Source: Felis catus (lineage: Eukaryota). Taken from it: DNA of 64,000 nucleotides. The translations under genes were made by a program, and so were the position numbers. This document shows, one piece after another, positions 25,402-38,520 of the stretch. The DNA is taken from assembly GCF_018350175.1 (NCBI RefSeq), contig NC_058373.1, positions 110,362,001 through 110,426,000 on the forward strand, in the 5' to 3' direction. How positions within the stretch are numbered: position 1 is the stretch's first letter; each line of letters opens with the position of its first letter. The notes beneath the pieces were generated by a model that searched no databases, was not told where the DNA came from, and saw only the letters and a list, made by a program, of their open reading frames with translations.

Positions 25402-27219
25402 CTTCTTCATCCATTCATCTATTGATGGACATCTAGATTGCTACCATATCTTGGCTATTGTAAGTGATGCTGCAATAAACACAGGGTGCATTATCCCTTT
25501 TTGAACTAGTTTTAGTTTTCTTTGGTTAAATATCCAATAGTGGAATTATTAGATCTTTTGGTAATTCTATTTTTAATGTATTGAGGAACCTCCATATTGT
25601 TTTCCACAATGGCTGCACCAATTTATATTCTCACCAACAGTACATGATGGTTCCCTTTTCTCTACACTTATTTCTTGTGTGTGTGTGTGTGTGTGTGTGT
25701 GTTTTAGTTTTAGCCACTCTGATTTCAGCCATATCTGATTGTGGTTTTGATTTGTATTTCCCTGATGATTAGTGCTGCTGAATATCTTTTCATGTGTGTA
25801 TTGACCATTTGTAGGTCTTCTTTGGAAACATTTCTATTTAAGTTCTCTGCCCATTTTTCAATTGGATTACTATTATTTTTGTGTTGAGTTGTAGAAGTTC
25901 TATATATGTTTTGGATATTAACCACTTATTGGATATATCATTGCAAATACCTTCTCCCATTCAGCAGACTAACTTTTTCTTTTGTTGATCGTTTCCTTTA
26001 CTGTGCACAGACTTATTATTTGGGTCTAATCCCAATAGTTTATTTTTGCTTTTGTTTCCCTTGCCTCAGGAGACATATCTAGAAAAACGTTGCTAAGGCT
26101 GATGTCAGATTACTGCCTATGTTTTCTTCGAGGAGTTTTATGGTTTTCTGTCTCGCACACATTAGGTCTTTAATCCGTTTTGAGTTTATTTTTGTATGTG
26201 GTGTAAGCAAGTGATCCAGTTTCATTCTGTTGCATGCAGCTGTCCAGTTGTCCCAGCACCATTTATTGAGGAGAATGTTCTCTCCCTGTTGTACATTGTT
26301 GTCTCTTTTGTCAAGGATTCATTGATCTTATAATCATGGGTTTATTTCTGGGTTCTCTATTCTGTTCCATTAATCTGTGTGTCTGTTTTTGTGCCAGTAC
26401 CACACTGTTTTGATTACTATAGGCATGTAGTATGTATCTTGAAATCGGGCACTGTGATACCTCCAGCTTTGGTCTCCTTTCTCAAGATTGCTTTTGTTAT
26501 TCAGGATCTTTCATACAAATTTCAGTGTTATTTGTTCTAGTTCTGTGAAAAATGCTGTTGGTACTTTGATAGGGAATCGATTGATTACTTTGGTTAGTAT
26601 GGACACTTTAACAATATTTGTTCTTCCAGTCCATTGGCATGGAATCTCTTTCCATTTGTTCATGTCATCTTCAATTTCTTTCATCAGTGTTTTATAGTTT
26701 TCAGAGTATAGGTCTTTCACCTTCTTGGTTAAGTTTATTCCTAGGTATTTTACTATTTTGGGTGCAGTTGTAAATGGAATGGTTTTCTTAATTTCTCTTT
26801 CTGCTATTTAGTAGTGTATAGAAAAACAACACATTTCTGTATATTAATTTTGTATCCCCAACTTTACTGAATTTATTTTATTTATCAGTTCTAATGGTTC
26901 TTGGTGGAGACTTTTGGGTTTTCTATGCATAATATCATGTCATCTGCAAGTAGTGAAAGTTTTATTTTTTCCTTACCAATTTGGATGCTTTTTATTATTT
27001 TCTTGTGTGATTGCTTTAGCAAGGACTTCCAGTACTACATTGAATAAAAATGGGGAGAGTGGACATCCTTGTCTTGTTCCTGATCTTAGAAGAAAAGCTC
27101 TCAGTTTTTCACCACCAAGCATGACGTTAACTGTGGGTTTTCAAATATGGTCTTTATTACGATGAGATATGCTCTAAACCTCCTTTGTTGAGAGCGTTTA
27201 TCATGAATAATGATAATAT
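24500..27219 (-). mobile_element. Decayed 5'-truncated L1 (ORF2 3' half and 3'UTR) with nested SINE (24840-25031) and retrocopy
   Basis: Minus [46 protein letters not shown]1 3'UTR sequence; degenerate TSD GATAAATACGTTT / GATAAATGCATTT. Confidence 0.92.
24571..24679 (-). pseudogene. Very short retrocopy of a polyadenylated RNA 3' end (parent unknown), nested in an L1 3'UTR
   Basis: 12-nt poly(A) (T-run 24571-24582); AATAAA 16 nt upstream (24599-24604); TSD TCAGGTGTATAAC / TCAAGTGTATAAC. Confidence 0.75.
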
Positions 27220-27841
27220 GATAAATGCATTTCATTCTTATTCAATATACAAAAAGAATTGAGTGTCCATTCTTGGTTGCTGCAACACATTTTATATTAG
27301 GGGATGTGAAAAATGTGGAGTCCAAAAAAAAATGATCATTTACACGTTAAGCAATTGTAAGGGCACAGAGCACTACCTCTTTCCCTTCTGCACACTTAGA
27401 GTGTGACATTTCTTTCACCTTTCCCAATAGTTTCTTGACCCATGTGGTAGGAAGGAATGATATATGGAAAGCAGAGCAAACTCCCTTATCATTGTAATCA
27501 GCCATAGTCTAACAGTTCAAAGATATTTCAGGTAGAGATTTTTTTTTTCCCAACAGCAAATAAAAAGGATCTTTTTCAAAGGATATAGTTAGTTGTATCA
27601 GGTCAAGATTTCCTTAAGGAATAACATGCTGGAATCTCAACAAGATAGAGAATTGTCATTATATCAAGAGTTCAGTTCTGAATTTTAGATATCTGAATTG
27701 TTTTTACCATATAATAGGGACGTGGACCTGGCCTTATAATCTACTACTGCAATTATCATAAATAAAAATATCTAAGCACTAAATATATTAAATACAGAAT
27801 GAAAAGCTTGGTGTATAAAAGCAATTATAAATAAGCAAACA

Positions 27842-28408
27842 GGGGCACCTGGGTGGCGCAGTCGGTTAAGCGTCCGACTTCAGCCAGGTCACGATCTCGC
27901 GGTCCGTGAGTTCGAGCCCCGCGTCAGGCTCTGGGCTGATGGCTCAGAGCCTGGAGCCTGTTTCCGATTCTGTGTCTCCCTCTCTCTCTGCCCCTCCCCC
28001 GTTCATGCTCTGTCTCTCTCTGTCCCAAAAATAAATAAACGTTGAAAAAAAAATAATAAGCAAACAATACAATTTATGTTTTGATAATTCGATGACATAT
28101 GCTTTCTTTATCTGTGATGCTTTCTTCTTTTAATGAGAAAATTAAGTTTGGAAATGGCAGAGAGCCCTCATCCACCCAACTATGAAGATTTTTTTTAATT
28201 TTTTTTTAACGTTTATTTATTTTTGAGACAGAGAGAGACAGAGCATGAACGGGGGAGGGTCAGAGAGAGGGAGACACAGAATCTGAAAGAGGCTCCAGGC
28301 TCTGAGCTGTCAGCACAGAGCCCGACGCGGGGCTCGAACTCACGGACCACGAGATCATGACCTGAGCTGAAGTCGGCCGCTTAACGGACTGAGCCACCCA
28401 AGCGCCCC
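27842..28408. mobile_element. Young CanSINEs 27842-28053(+) and 28189-28408(-), inverted pair
   Basis: TSDs AATAAGCAAACA and CACCCAACTATGAAGATTTT. Confidence 0.93.
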
Positions 28409-28919
28409 CACCCAACTATGAAGATTTTAAAGGAAGTAGATTTAAATGAGATTAGGATTAGAAGAAAAATACAAAGAAAAGGTAAAGGATGTTGATATCT
28501 CAATGTAGAAGAGATAGGGAACAACTAGAATATCCTAAATTTGCATGATGTTTATACATGACCAAATATTTTCACATAACCAACTCCATTTCACTTTTAG
28601 AATAACTTTGTAAGTATCTCCATTTCACAGAGGAGGAAACAGACTGGAAGGTAAAGTCATAGAGCTACTAAATGGAGGAGTCAGGACACATAGGTGGCCA
28701 TCTATACAGCAGGATGAATTTCAGGGGATCAACAGGAAGGTAACTCTTTACCACTAAATTCTACCCTTCACCCCCTCTAGATTTGATCAGGAGCCATCCT
28801 ACCATCATGACTTTTACACATGCCAAATGTTAAACATAAGTCAAAGGAAGAAACAATCTTTGCAATTCCTAATAAGCACATTTTTTCCAAGCTTTTTCTT
28901 CACAAGGGTTATAACTAGG

Positions 28920-31900
28920 GATTTCTGGGGTAGATGGTGGAATAGGAGGATCCTAAGCTCACCTTGTCCCAAGGATACAACTAGATAACACCCACATCAG
29001 TGTTAATAATACAGAAAATGACCCAAAGACTGTCAGAACAGACTCTCCACAGATAAATGTAGAGAAAAGGCCACAATGAAGAGGGTAGGAAGGGTGGAAC
29101 GGTAGTCAGGAGCTAAACAGACCTGTGGGACTGTCCACAGCAGGGGAAGGACCCACTGGCTGGGAGTGAGGAGAAGAACAGACTATCATACCAGGCACCC
29201 CAAGTACGGGGAATGCACACAGGTAAGACAAATCCCCATTAACATTTGGCTTTGAAAACCAGAGGGGGGTAATTTCATGAGTTCTTACAATCAGTGGGGC
29301 TTAACAGATGGAACTTTAAAAATCAGCGCACTTGACTCTGAGAGAGCTGGGAAGGCAACAGGAAATGGAGACCCTGCCCTTAAAGAGACAGCACAACAAA
29401 CAGCCCCATGGAGGTACAGCATAGAAGCAGCTATTTGAAAAATGCCTGGGGTATGTGAAAGGGAGATTGTTTACTAATCTCAGAATGTGTGCTAGAGTGG
29501 CAGGAATCATTGGGAGATTGTTCCAGGAACAAAGGAGCTGGTGGGTGCCATTCCCCTCCCCCACACCCCAGCCTAGACACACAGACACCTGCAAAAACCA
29601 GCACAGTCCCAATACCCTCTATATAACTTGCTAACAGCAGGCCTGCCATGGTCCATGTTCTCCTGCAGACTTTCCCTCTCTAATACGCCCTTGGTCAGAG
29701 CCCATCCAAAGAGGTGTCACAAGCCTGACAGCATACGAGCAGCCCTGAGAGGGGCCAGCACCATTCCAAAGTGACTCCTGACCTGGGGAGAGGGAAAGAT
29801 CACCACACCAGTCCAATTGTGGCCCCAGCAGTGGGTTGGAGGCAGACATCTGGTCTTAACTCCTGGCCCCACCCACCAACAAAAGCTTCTCAAAGGACAA
29901 CTCATGAAAAGTGCCCTGTAGTTCAGTGCTACCACATCTCTGGCAAATGCCTGGTCTGACTCAATTCAAGCCAAGGTGGCCCCAGATTGGCTCACTAACA
30001 ACAAAGGGACCCAACTCAGCCCACAATAGGCAAAGAGACCCATTGCAGACAACAGGACTGCCAAAGCACCTTGGCCACTATATAGCGGGTGCACACAACA
30101 CACAGAGGTGACATCCTTGAAGACCCAGGTGTGGTGAACAGAAGACATTGCACCGCAGGGCACTACAGGACCTCTTCTTCATAAAGCCACTATTTTCAAG
30201 AGCAGGAGACGTAGACTTTCCTGACACATAGAAATAGACACAGAGAGTTAGACAAAATGAGGAGACAGAGGAATAAGGTCTCAAATGAAAGAAGAGGACA
30301 AAATCATAGCAAGAGACCTAAATAAAACAGAGATAAGTAACATGCCTGATAGAGAATTTAAAGTAATGGTCATAAAGATACTCACTGGACTGGAGAAAAG
30401 AGTAGAGGACCTCAGTAAAACTCTTATCAAAGAAATAGAAAACATAAAAAAGAACCAATCAGAGATGAAAAGTTCAATAGCTGAAATTAAAAATACACTA
30501 GAGGCTGGGACACCTGGGTGACTCAGTCTGTTAGGCATCCAACTTCGGCTCAGGTCATGATCTCGCAGTTCATAAGTTCAAGCCCCATGTGGGCTCTGTG
30601 CTGACAGCTCAGAGCCTGAAGCCTGCTTTGGATTCTGTCTCCCTCTCTCTCTCTCTCTGCCTCTCTCTCTTTCTCAAAAATAAATAAACATTAAAAACTT
30701 AAAACACACACACACACACACACATACTAGAGGGAATAAATAGCAGACTAGAGGAAGCAGAAGAATGGATCAGCAACCTGAAGGACAGAGTAATGGGGAG
30801 GAATCAAGCTGAATAGGAGAGAGAAAAAAATAAAGGATGAAACTAGATTTAGTGAACTGAACAACACCATCAAGCATAATAACATTTGAATTATAGGGAT
30901 CCCAGAAGGAAGAGAGAGAAAAGGAGACAGAAATTTTGTTTGAAGAAATAATAGCTGAAAACTTCCTGCATCTGGAGAAGGAAATAGAAATCCAGATCCA
31001 GGAGGCCCACAGAGACCCCAACAAAATCAACCCAAGGAGGGCCACACCAAGACACATAATAATTAAAATGGCAAAAAGTAGTGATAAAGAGAGAATTTTA
31101 AAAGTAGCAAGAGAAAACAGTTACATAAAAGAGAAACCCCCATAAGGCTGTTAACTGATTTTTCAGCAGAAACTCTGCATGATATACTCAAAGTGCTGAA
31201 AGAAAAAAAAAAAAAAAAAACCTGCAACCAAGAAGACTCTATCCAGCAAGGCTGTCATTCAGAATAGAAAGGGAGAAAAAGTGAGGCACCTGGGTGGCCC
31301 AGTCGGTTAAGCAGCTGACTTTTGATCTCGGCTCAGGTCATGATCTCATGGTTTGTGAGTTCAAGTCCTGCATCAGGCTCTGCACTGACAGTACTGAGCC
31401 TGCCTGGGACTCTCTCTCTCTCTCTCCCTCTCTCTCTGCCCCTCCCCTACTCTCTCTCTCGTCGTCTCTCTCTCTCTCTCTCAAAAAAATAAAATAAAAT
31501 AAAATAAAATAAAATAAAATAAAATAAAATAAAATAAAATAAAATAAACAGAGAGAGATTCCCAGACACAAAAGTTAAAGGAATTCAAGACTACTAAAGC
31601 AGCCCTATGAGAAATGTTGAAGGGGACTCTTTGAGTGGAAAAGAAAGACCATAAGCAGAAGTAAGAAAAGTGGGAAGCACAAAAGCAGTAAAATTAAATA
31701 TATCTATAAAAACCAGTCAAGGAATTCACAAAATAAAAGGATGTAAAGTATGACACAGTAGATTTAAAACACAGCAGGGGAGGGGAGTGGAGGGAGGAGT
31801 AAAGAATGGGTTCAAACTTAAGAGACCATCAACTTAAGGGGCACCTGGGTGGCTCAGTCAGTTAAGCTGAGTCCGACTTTCAGCTCAGGTCATGATCTCA

Positions 31901-32161
31901 CAGTTTGTGAGACCAAGCTCCGCATCGGGCTCTGTGCTGACAGCTCAGAGCCTGGAGCCTGCTTCCGATTCTGGGTCTCCCTCTCTCTCTGCCCCTCCCC
32001 CACTCATGCCCTGTCTCTCTGTCTCTCAAGAATAAATAAGACATTTGAAAAAAACATTAAAAAAAAGAGAGACCATCAACTTAGCATAAACTACCATATG
32101 CATAAGATGTTACATACAAACCTCATGGTAACCACAGATCAAAAACCAGTAACAGATACAT
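28920..32161 (+). mobile_element. L1 5'UTR + ORF1 + spacer only (no ORF2 or tail), with three nested SINEs (30507-30700, 31283-31548, 31838-32067)
   Basis: ORF1p fragments MPDREFKVMVIKILTGLEKRVEDL and FEEIIAENFLHLEKEIEIQIQEAHRDPNKINPRRATPRHIIIKM; flanking 16-bp direct repeats with 2 mismatches. Confidence 0.88.
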
Positions 32162-32453
32162 AAGAGTTGTAACTAGGCCTCTCTTCCCAAGAAAATGGTG
32201 ATGGGTGATGGTGGGAAGAGATCCGTTCAAGTTCTGGGGCTCTGGGGTAGAGATCCAGAATTAAAGATAAGGGGCTCTATGCTTGAAGCAACCTACTCCA
32301 CCATTCGCCCCATCCCCCAACACACACGAGCCTCTCAACTGCTGTACTTTGTGTACCAAACAGGCCAACGGTGAAACTTCTGCCAGGTCATCTGCAGAGT
32401 TCTTTGAAAGCAAAAGCGGAAAACTACAGAAGCAGCTAACAATACTCTTGTAC

Positions 32454-32626
32454 CTTGAATGCTTCTTTTAAAAAAGGCCTTACATCCTTCACACGACCAG
32501 ACTCCATAGTGATATCCAGATGCGTAATCGCTGCAGACCGCACAGAAGTGGGCATCTCTCTTTGAACTTGGACTAGTAACAGGGCTGGCACAACTGCTCC
32601 CACTAACCTTCCTTTTCAGTGTCTCT
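32454..32626 (-). CDS. ESR2: ESR2 coding exon, first zinc finger (ETLKRKVS...[30 protein letters not shown])
   Basis: 173 nt; acceptor CCCCAG|, donor AAG|GTACAA; phase matches neighbouring exons. Confidence 0.98.
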
Positions 32627-33687
32627 CTGGGGGCAAAGAAAATATTCATTGTAACACAGCATTAAGGGGAAAAGATGGACTTTCTAGAAAAAGAATATAG
32701 CACAAACACTGCCTAATTTACCTCTGCCCTCCAGAGCTCATAATAAGTAAATTCCCGGAAATCTGATCAAGCACGACCTTTGTTGCTGATATCATGAGAT
32801 CCAGAAAGAGTCACACTGTTGGGAATGACTGATGTTTGAAGGTAGTTAGGTGAGTCTATGCCCATCCATGCAATGCTGAGGGTCACTAGTAACTATAGAC
32901 GGCTGGTTGTAGCCATCAGATTGCACATCTCTGAGTGTAATAAGTGACCAGAACAAGTCTTACCCACAGGTCTGAACTACAAGCAGGGTGTGCAGTGGCC
33001 TTCCATAATTGCTAATTCATCAACACTGTAAGGATGGACCTAATCTCACCTAACCATTTTCAAGTATCAGTCATTCCTAAGTGGTGCTAAATAGCCCTTC
33101 AGAGTTCCCATTCAAACGGGCAACAAAAACTTTCATTCTGCAATTTAAGATGAAGGTCTAGAGTGAAAATAACTGTAAGAGGAGTAGCCGATAGACTTGA
33201 AGTGACATCGAAGTGAACGCTATACTCTGGTTTAGAGAGAGAGAGAAGGGGTAGGGAAGAGTAGAGAAGGGTGGAGAAGGGCCGGGAAGGGCAGGGAAGG
33301 ACAGGAAAAGGCAGGGAGAAGAAAAAGAGAGAAAGGAGAAGAGAGGGGGAGAAAGTGCACACACGATGGTGCTCGGAGAAGTTTCTGAAGGAAGCAGGTG
33401 TGCAGTGCTGGGGAGAAGGGCAGTGGCTTCCACAGAGGAAGGGACAGCCCATGAAGGCAGTATTAGAGGACACTAAATGCATACTTGGCTAGTTCCTAAT
33501 CGTGCTAAGCCATGTTTCTTTTGGAAAGGAAATGTCAGAGATATAATTGATTTATAAACGAAGATAATTATACTACGGGTTAATTTACCCTATATTAGAA
33601 CTCTGATTAGATCTCATGATCAGAAACAAAATATTTCTTCCCTTAAAGGCTGAGTGAAAAACAGGACTTTGAAAGAGTTGTCTACAT

Positions 33688-35864
33688 GGGGCGCCTGGGT
33701 GGCTCAGTCGGTTGAGTTCCTGACTTCGGCTCAGGTCATGATCTCACAGTTCATGGGTTCGAGTCCCGTGTCGGGCTCTGTGCTGACAGCTCAGAGCCTG
33801 GAGCCCACTTTGGATTCTGTGTCTCCCTCTCTCTCTGCCCCTCCCCCACTCGCACTCTGTTTCCCTCTGTCTCAGAAATAAATAAACATTAAAAAAAAGT
33901 TATCTACAATGTTTATATTCTCTTTTACCCACAAAGATTTTAAAAAGGAGAAAAATAAAATTACAGTGTAATATAGCTTTCTCAAAGTGTTAGGACAGCA
34001 TTTGAAAGTAACAAATTTCAATATCCAACATGCAAGAACTTAATACTTTGGTTGTTTTAGAAATTTATCTCCCCCTCATCCTTCTCCCTACCCGACCTCT
34101 TCCCTCCATAGCTGTAATTATCATTAAATACATTACAAATTAAATGGAAATAACCCACGTTACCTTGCATTTAAGAGTACAGATACTTTTTTTAACTTCA
34201 AGAAATTGCAACTAAAGTCTACATTTAGTTTCCCATCACTCTTTATGAAATGCTATTTTAGTTCACTGTCAAAAACTTGTGCCAATCATTGCCTGTCTTT
34301 TCAGGCTTCATGTGTCCAGTCCATTTCATTGAAGCAGTAACACTTCCCCAGTTGCTTTTCTCTTGGACACAATGTGCCATGAACACTCAACTCTGATTTC
34401 ACTACAAGATAAGAAGCATCTAACTTGAAAAGAAAGTAAAAATTTCTTTTTTTTCTTTTTTATTTTTTTGAGAGTGTGCAAACAGGGGAGGGGCAGAGGG
34501 AGAGAGAGGGAGAGAGAAAATCCCAAGCAGGCTCTGTCAGAGCAGAGCCCCATGCAGGGTTCGATCCCAGGAACTGTGAGATCGTGACCTGAGCCAAAAT
34601 CAAGAGTCAGAGGATCAACCGACAGCCCCCCAGGCACCCCTAAAAATTTCTTTTTCAAACCCAAGTCACTTCATCAAGAGAAAAGCGATTTTTTATTTCA
34701 AACTCTAGTGTCTAAAAACCGTAGTCATGATAGTGAATTTTCCCCAGAACCCAGATCTACAAGCTTACTTTTGAAATGAGGATTAGAAGAGCAGAATAGA
34801 TATTCTAGAATTCAGAATATATGTGTTAGGTGCTCTAAGTAATCTATGTGATGAAGAAAGACCTGGAGTAATGCATACCTTTCTTCTCACTAAATCATAA
34901 AGTGATTTGAATAATGCCCCTGAAGTACAATTCAGAATAAAGACTGGACTTACCTGTGTACAGGTAAGGTGGGTTCTAGTGACCTTGCTTCACACCAAGG
35001 ACTCTTTTGAGGTTCTGCATACAGAAGCGACGACTGGCAATGGATCGCTAAGGGAGAGAGGTGTCCCGGGGTTGGCCACAACACATTTGGGCTTGTGGTC
35101 TGTCGACCAGGTCCACCTTCGGAGTTACTGGCACTGCTGGGAATACCGTAATTCATCACAGTAGGGCTATAGAATGTCATGGCTGAATATTCATGGCGGC
35201 TCTCCACGTAGGAGGACGGTATATATATGGGGCCATGCTCCAGGGGTAGGATGGGTTGACTGCAGTTGTAGGAGGCAGGAGAGTTAAGGCTAGATGGTGA
35301 GTTTTTGATATCCATGTCTTGAATCGGTAACAGCTGAGGAAACTCTTTGTGAGAAGAGGCACAAAGGGACATTATAAGGTTCTCAAAGACTCGGGGGCTG
35401 TAGAGAAAAACAGAAGACATTTCCAAATTAGAGCTATACGCCTAACTGTTAAAAATGTCCACACAGGGGCGCCTGGGTGGCTCAGTCGGCTAAGCGTCCG
35501 ACTTCAGCACAGGTCATGATCTCGCCGCCAGTGAGTTCGAGCCCCGCGTCGGGCTCTGTGCTGACAGCTCAGAGCCTGGAGCCTGTTTCGGATTCTGTGT
35601 CTCTCTCTCTCTGCCCCTCCCCCACTCATGCTCTGTCTCTCTCTGTGTCAAAAATAAATAAACGTTAAAAAAAATTTTTTTTTTACATTTATTTATTTTT
35701 GAGACAAAGAGAGACAGAGCATGAGTGGGGGAGGGGCAGAGAGAGAGAGACACAGAATCCGAAACAGGCTCTAGGGCCTGACGCGGGGCTCGAACTCACG
35801 GACCGTGAGATCATGACCTGAGCCAAAGTCGGCCGCTTAACCGACTGAGCCACCCAGGCACCCC
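33688..35864. mobile_element. CanSINEs around the first coding exon: 33688-33898(+), 34445-34640(-), 35466-35673(+), 35674-35864(-)
   Basis: SINE consensus; last pair enclosed by TSD AAATGTCCACACA. Confidence 0.92.
34954..35315 (-). CDS. ESR2: ESR2 first coding exon (A/B domain, [10 protein letters not shown]...TLPVHR); whole exon 34954-35397
   Basis: ATG at 35315 (GACATGG); 362 coding nt; donor CAG|GTAAGT at 34954/34953; acceptor TTTTCTCTACAG| at 35398/35397; extra in-frame ATG at 35372. Confidence 0.97.
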
Positions 35865-36393
35865 AAAATTTTTTTTTTAAATGTCCACACATATTTCTTA
35901 CTTACACACACACAGCTTAGAAACACATCCTGAAAGACAGACAAAAAAAATACTAACCTCAGGGGGCAGGAACTCTCATTTGCTACTTTATTCACTTTTT
36001 ATCACTTCTGTTGTTGTTAGCTCCAAGAATTTTTTTAACCACAAGAATTTATTATAAAATACTTCTTAAAATTAAAAAATGCAGGATTAAATTAAAATGC
36101 CAAGGGTTTTTTTTCCCCCCCTTCTGGAACTAGGTAAGTTTATTTAAAAATTCTTATCGAAAAATAAACGAGAATTGCCAAGAAACCTCGAAAGAGCAGG
36201 TCAATGGGCCTGGATAGCATTAACAGATATTCAAACACACAATGAATCAGTCACCAGTGATAAACACAAGGAACAGACAGGCCACTGCACTCGTGTCAGT
36301 TAATAATTTATCGCTTCTCAGGTTCAGTGTATGGCCCATGGGAAGCGCTGGAGTGGCTTAACCTGTTTAAAGTGAGCACAATGCTAACCTTTC

Positions 36394-36465
36394 TCAGTAG
36401 AGGGCGCTGCACGGACACCGCAGGAGCAAGAAGCTGCTGTGACTTCTGACACCGGCAGAGGGCGG
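36394..36465 (+). promoter_or_regulatory. Two tandem CTCF-like motifs in intron 1
   Basis: TCAGTAGAGGGCGC (36394-36407) and CCGGCAGAGGGCGG (36452-36465) in a locally CpG-retaining patch. Confidence 0.5.
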
Positions 36466-37179
36466 CCGTATGAGGGTGAGAACAACCAGGGGAGACTGGC
36501 CCTGTGGCGGGTCCTTTCCACAGTCACCTGTCCAGACTGTGGCCTGAGGAGTCACAAGAAGTCGTTCCTTGTACAAACCTCCTCACCTCCTGCTACCTGC
36601 ATGCTGTAAAGGCCTTCTGTCCTGTGCAGCCACCCAGACTCCCAGGGCACAACCACGCAACCGGCTGCTGATCGCCCCCCCCTCCAGCCCCCCCCACTGC
36701 ACCCTGGTTAGCGGCCCACCCACCCTTCCTGAAGAGATCTGAACCCCTCCAAATTGGTTCTTCCTTGGGTGCTCTCCCTTACCCCTACAGAACCGCATAG
36801 AGTTACTTATTATATTTAATCTCTTATCATAGTTATTCTTTATATCAATCCTCCTCTGTTGGGGGCGCCTTGGGGGCGCAGTAGGTTAAGCGCCCGCGTT
36901 AGGCTCAGGTCATGATCTCGCAGTTCATGAGTTCGAGCCCTGCACCTGGCTCTGCGGTGACAGCTCAGGGCCTGACGCCTGCTTCAGATTCTGTGTCTCC
37001 CTCTCTCTCTGCCCCTCCCCTGCTCATGCTCTCTGTGTCTCAAAAATAAATAAATGTTACAAAATTTGTAAAAGAAAAATTCTCCTGTGTTGAAACCTAT
37101 AGTTTCAACCCCCTGGTCGGCCGCAGGCTGCTCCATAACAGAATAGAAAATCCCAAAATAGACAATTCAAAAACTCCAA

Positions 37180-38520
37180 AGTTTTTGGAAAGTTGGCATA
37201 TGGTAAAGGTCTCTGATAGTTTACATCACAAAGAAAACATTGGACAGTAGAATTGCCATTGGAAAAAGAACACATGCCAGAATCAACTCCAAAGGGCTCA
37301 GAGATCCAAATGTTAAAAGAGAAAGGCAACCAGGAGTGAGGAGAAGGAGAAGGGACCACACAGGTGCTAGAGGCAAACACAGAAAAATTGCTTTATAACA
37401 TGGGTGTGGGAAAAACCTTCACTATGGCTTAAAATCCACAGGCAATAAAAAGATGACCAATAAATTCAGGAGAGAAAAGTAAATCTTTGTACATCATAAA
37501 AACACCATAAGCAAAACCAAAAGCCTAATGCCAATTGGGGGGGGGGGGGAACTCTCAACTTCTATCAGAAATAAGGGGCTCAGGGCGCCTGGGTGGCTCA
37601 GTGCGTTAGGTGTCTGACTTCGTCTCAGGTCATGATCTTGCAATTCATGGGTTCGGGCCCTGCATCGGGCTCTGGGCTGACAGCTCAGAGCCTGGAGCCT
37701 TCAGATTCTGTGTCTCCCTCTCTCTCTGCCCCTCCCCTGCTTGCACTTTCTCTGTCTCTCAAAAATGAATAAACATTAAAAAAATTAAAAGAAATAGGGA
37801 GCTAATTTCCCTAGTATATAGAGAACTTTAAAGTGAAAAAAAGACTAAAAAAAATTCTTTAAACAGGCAAAAGACACTGAACACAGAAAAGGGAAGGCAA
37901 ATGGCCCTTCAAATGCAAAGAAAGATGCTCAATTCCATTCATAAAGATTAAAACTACACCAAGACACCATTTCTCACTTATCACGTTTGGCAAAAATTCC
38001 AATGTTTGGCCTCCCCTCCCTGGCGAGGCTGTGGAAAAACAGAGACTTTCTCTGACGTTGTCGGTGGGAATGCAAAATGGCACAACCTCCACGGATATCG
38101 GGCATTATACAGAGAGAACTCATGCTTTACCTTTGGACTCTGAATCCAGAAAAAGGGAAAAAAGAATCATCGGCTACCATTGCAAGTGATTGTTACATCA
38201 GCCCCTCACTCTGAAAAGTAGTAATTAAGGGAAAGAAATTAAGCCTGTACCCTGCCTTTTTGAGAGGATCCATAGTTTATGCCACACTTGAGGGCAAGCT
38301 CTTCTTTACAAGAGAATGCCACCCACTAAATAGTTTAGAAATAAAATATTTGGATGGCTAAATCGGATATAGAAACCAAGTAAAAATGTTAACAGTTACT
38401 GAGTCTAGATGGTGGACATTCATTACACCAGTCTTTCACCTCTTCTTGAAGTTCAAAAGTTTTCACAAGAAGCTTTGGAGGAAAGACACAAAAAAATACA
38501 ATTACAAATGGAAACCTTTA
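37180..38520 (+). mobile_element. Ancient L1M 3' fragment with nested SINE (37583-37790)
   Basis: AAAATCAACTCCAAA-like, AAAGATGCTCAA and GGTGGGAATGCAAAATGG motifs. Confidence 0.65.

Noticed and set aside
24500..32161. Minus 3' L1 and plus 5' L1 as one twin-primed or inverted element
   Set aside because: Separated by ~1.7 kb of non-L1 DNA, and each has its own candidate TSD
32627..32649. Intronic in-frame ATG (MNIFFAP) before the first zinc-finger exon
   Set aside because: Lies within the acceptor region; no promoter evidence for a retained-intron start
35398..35426. Longer N-terminus [10 protein letters not shown]... in the ORF track
   Set aside because: Upstream of the splice acceptor, i.e. 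intronic polypyrimidine tract
36105..36800. Possible processed pseudogene (T-run, minus-strand AATAAA, GC-richer body)
   Set aside because: No convincing TSD or recognisable protein; a BLAST search would be needed
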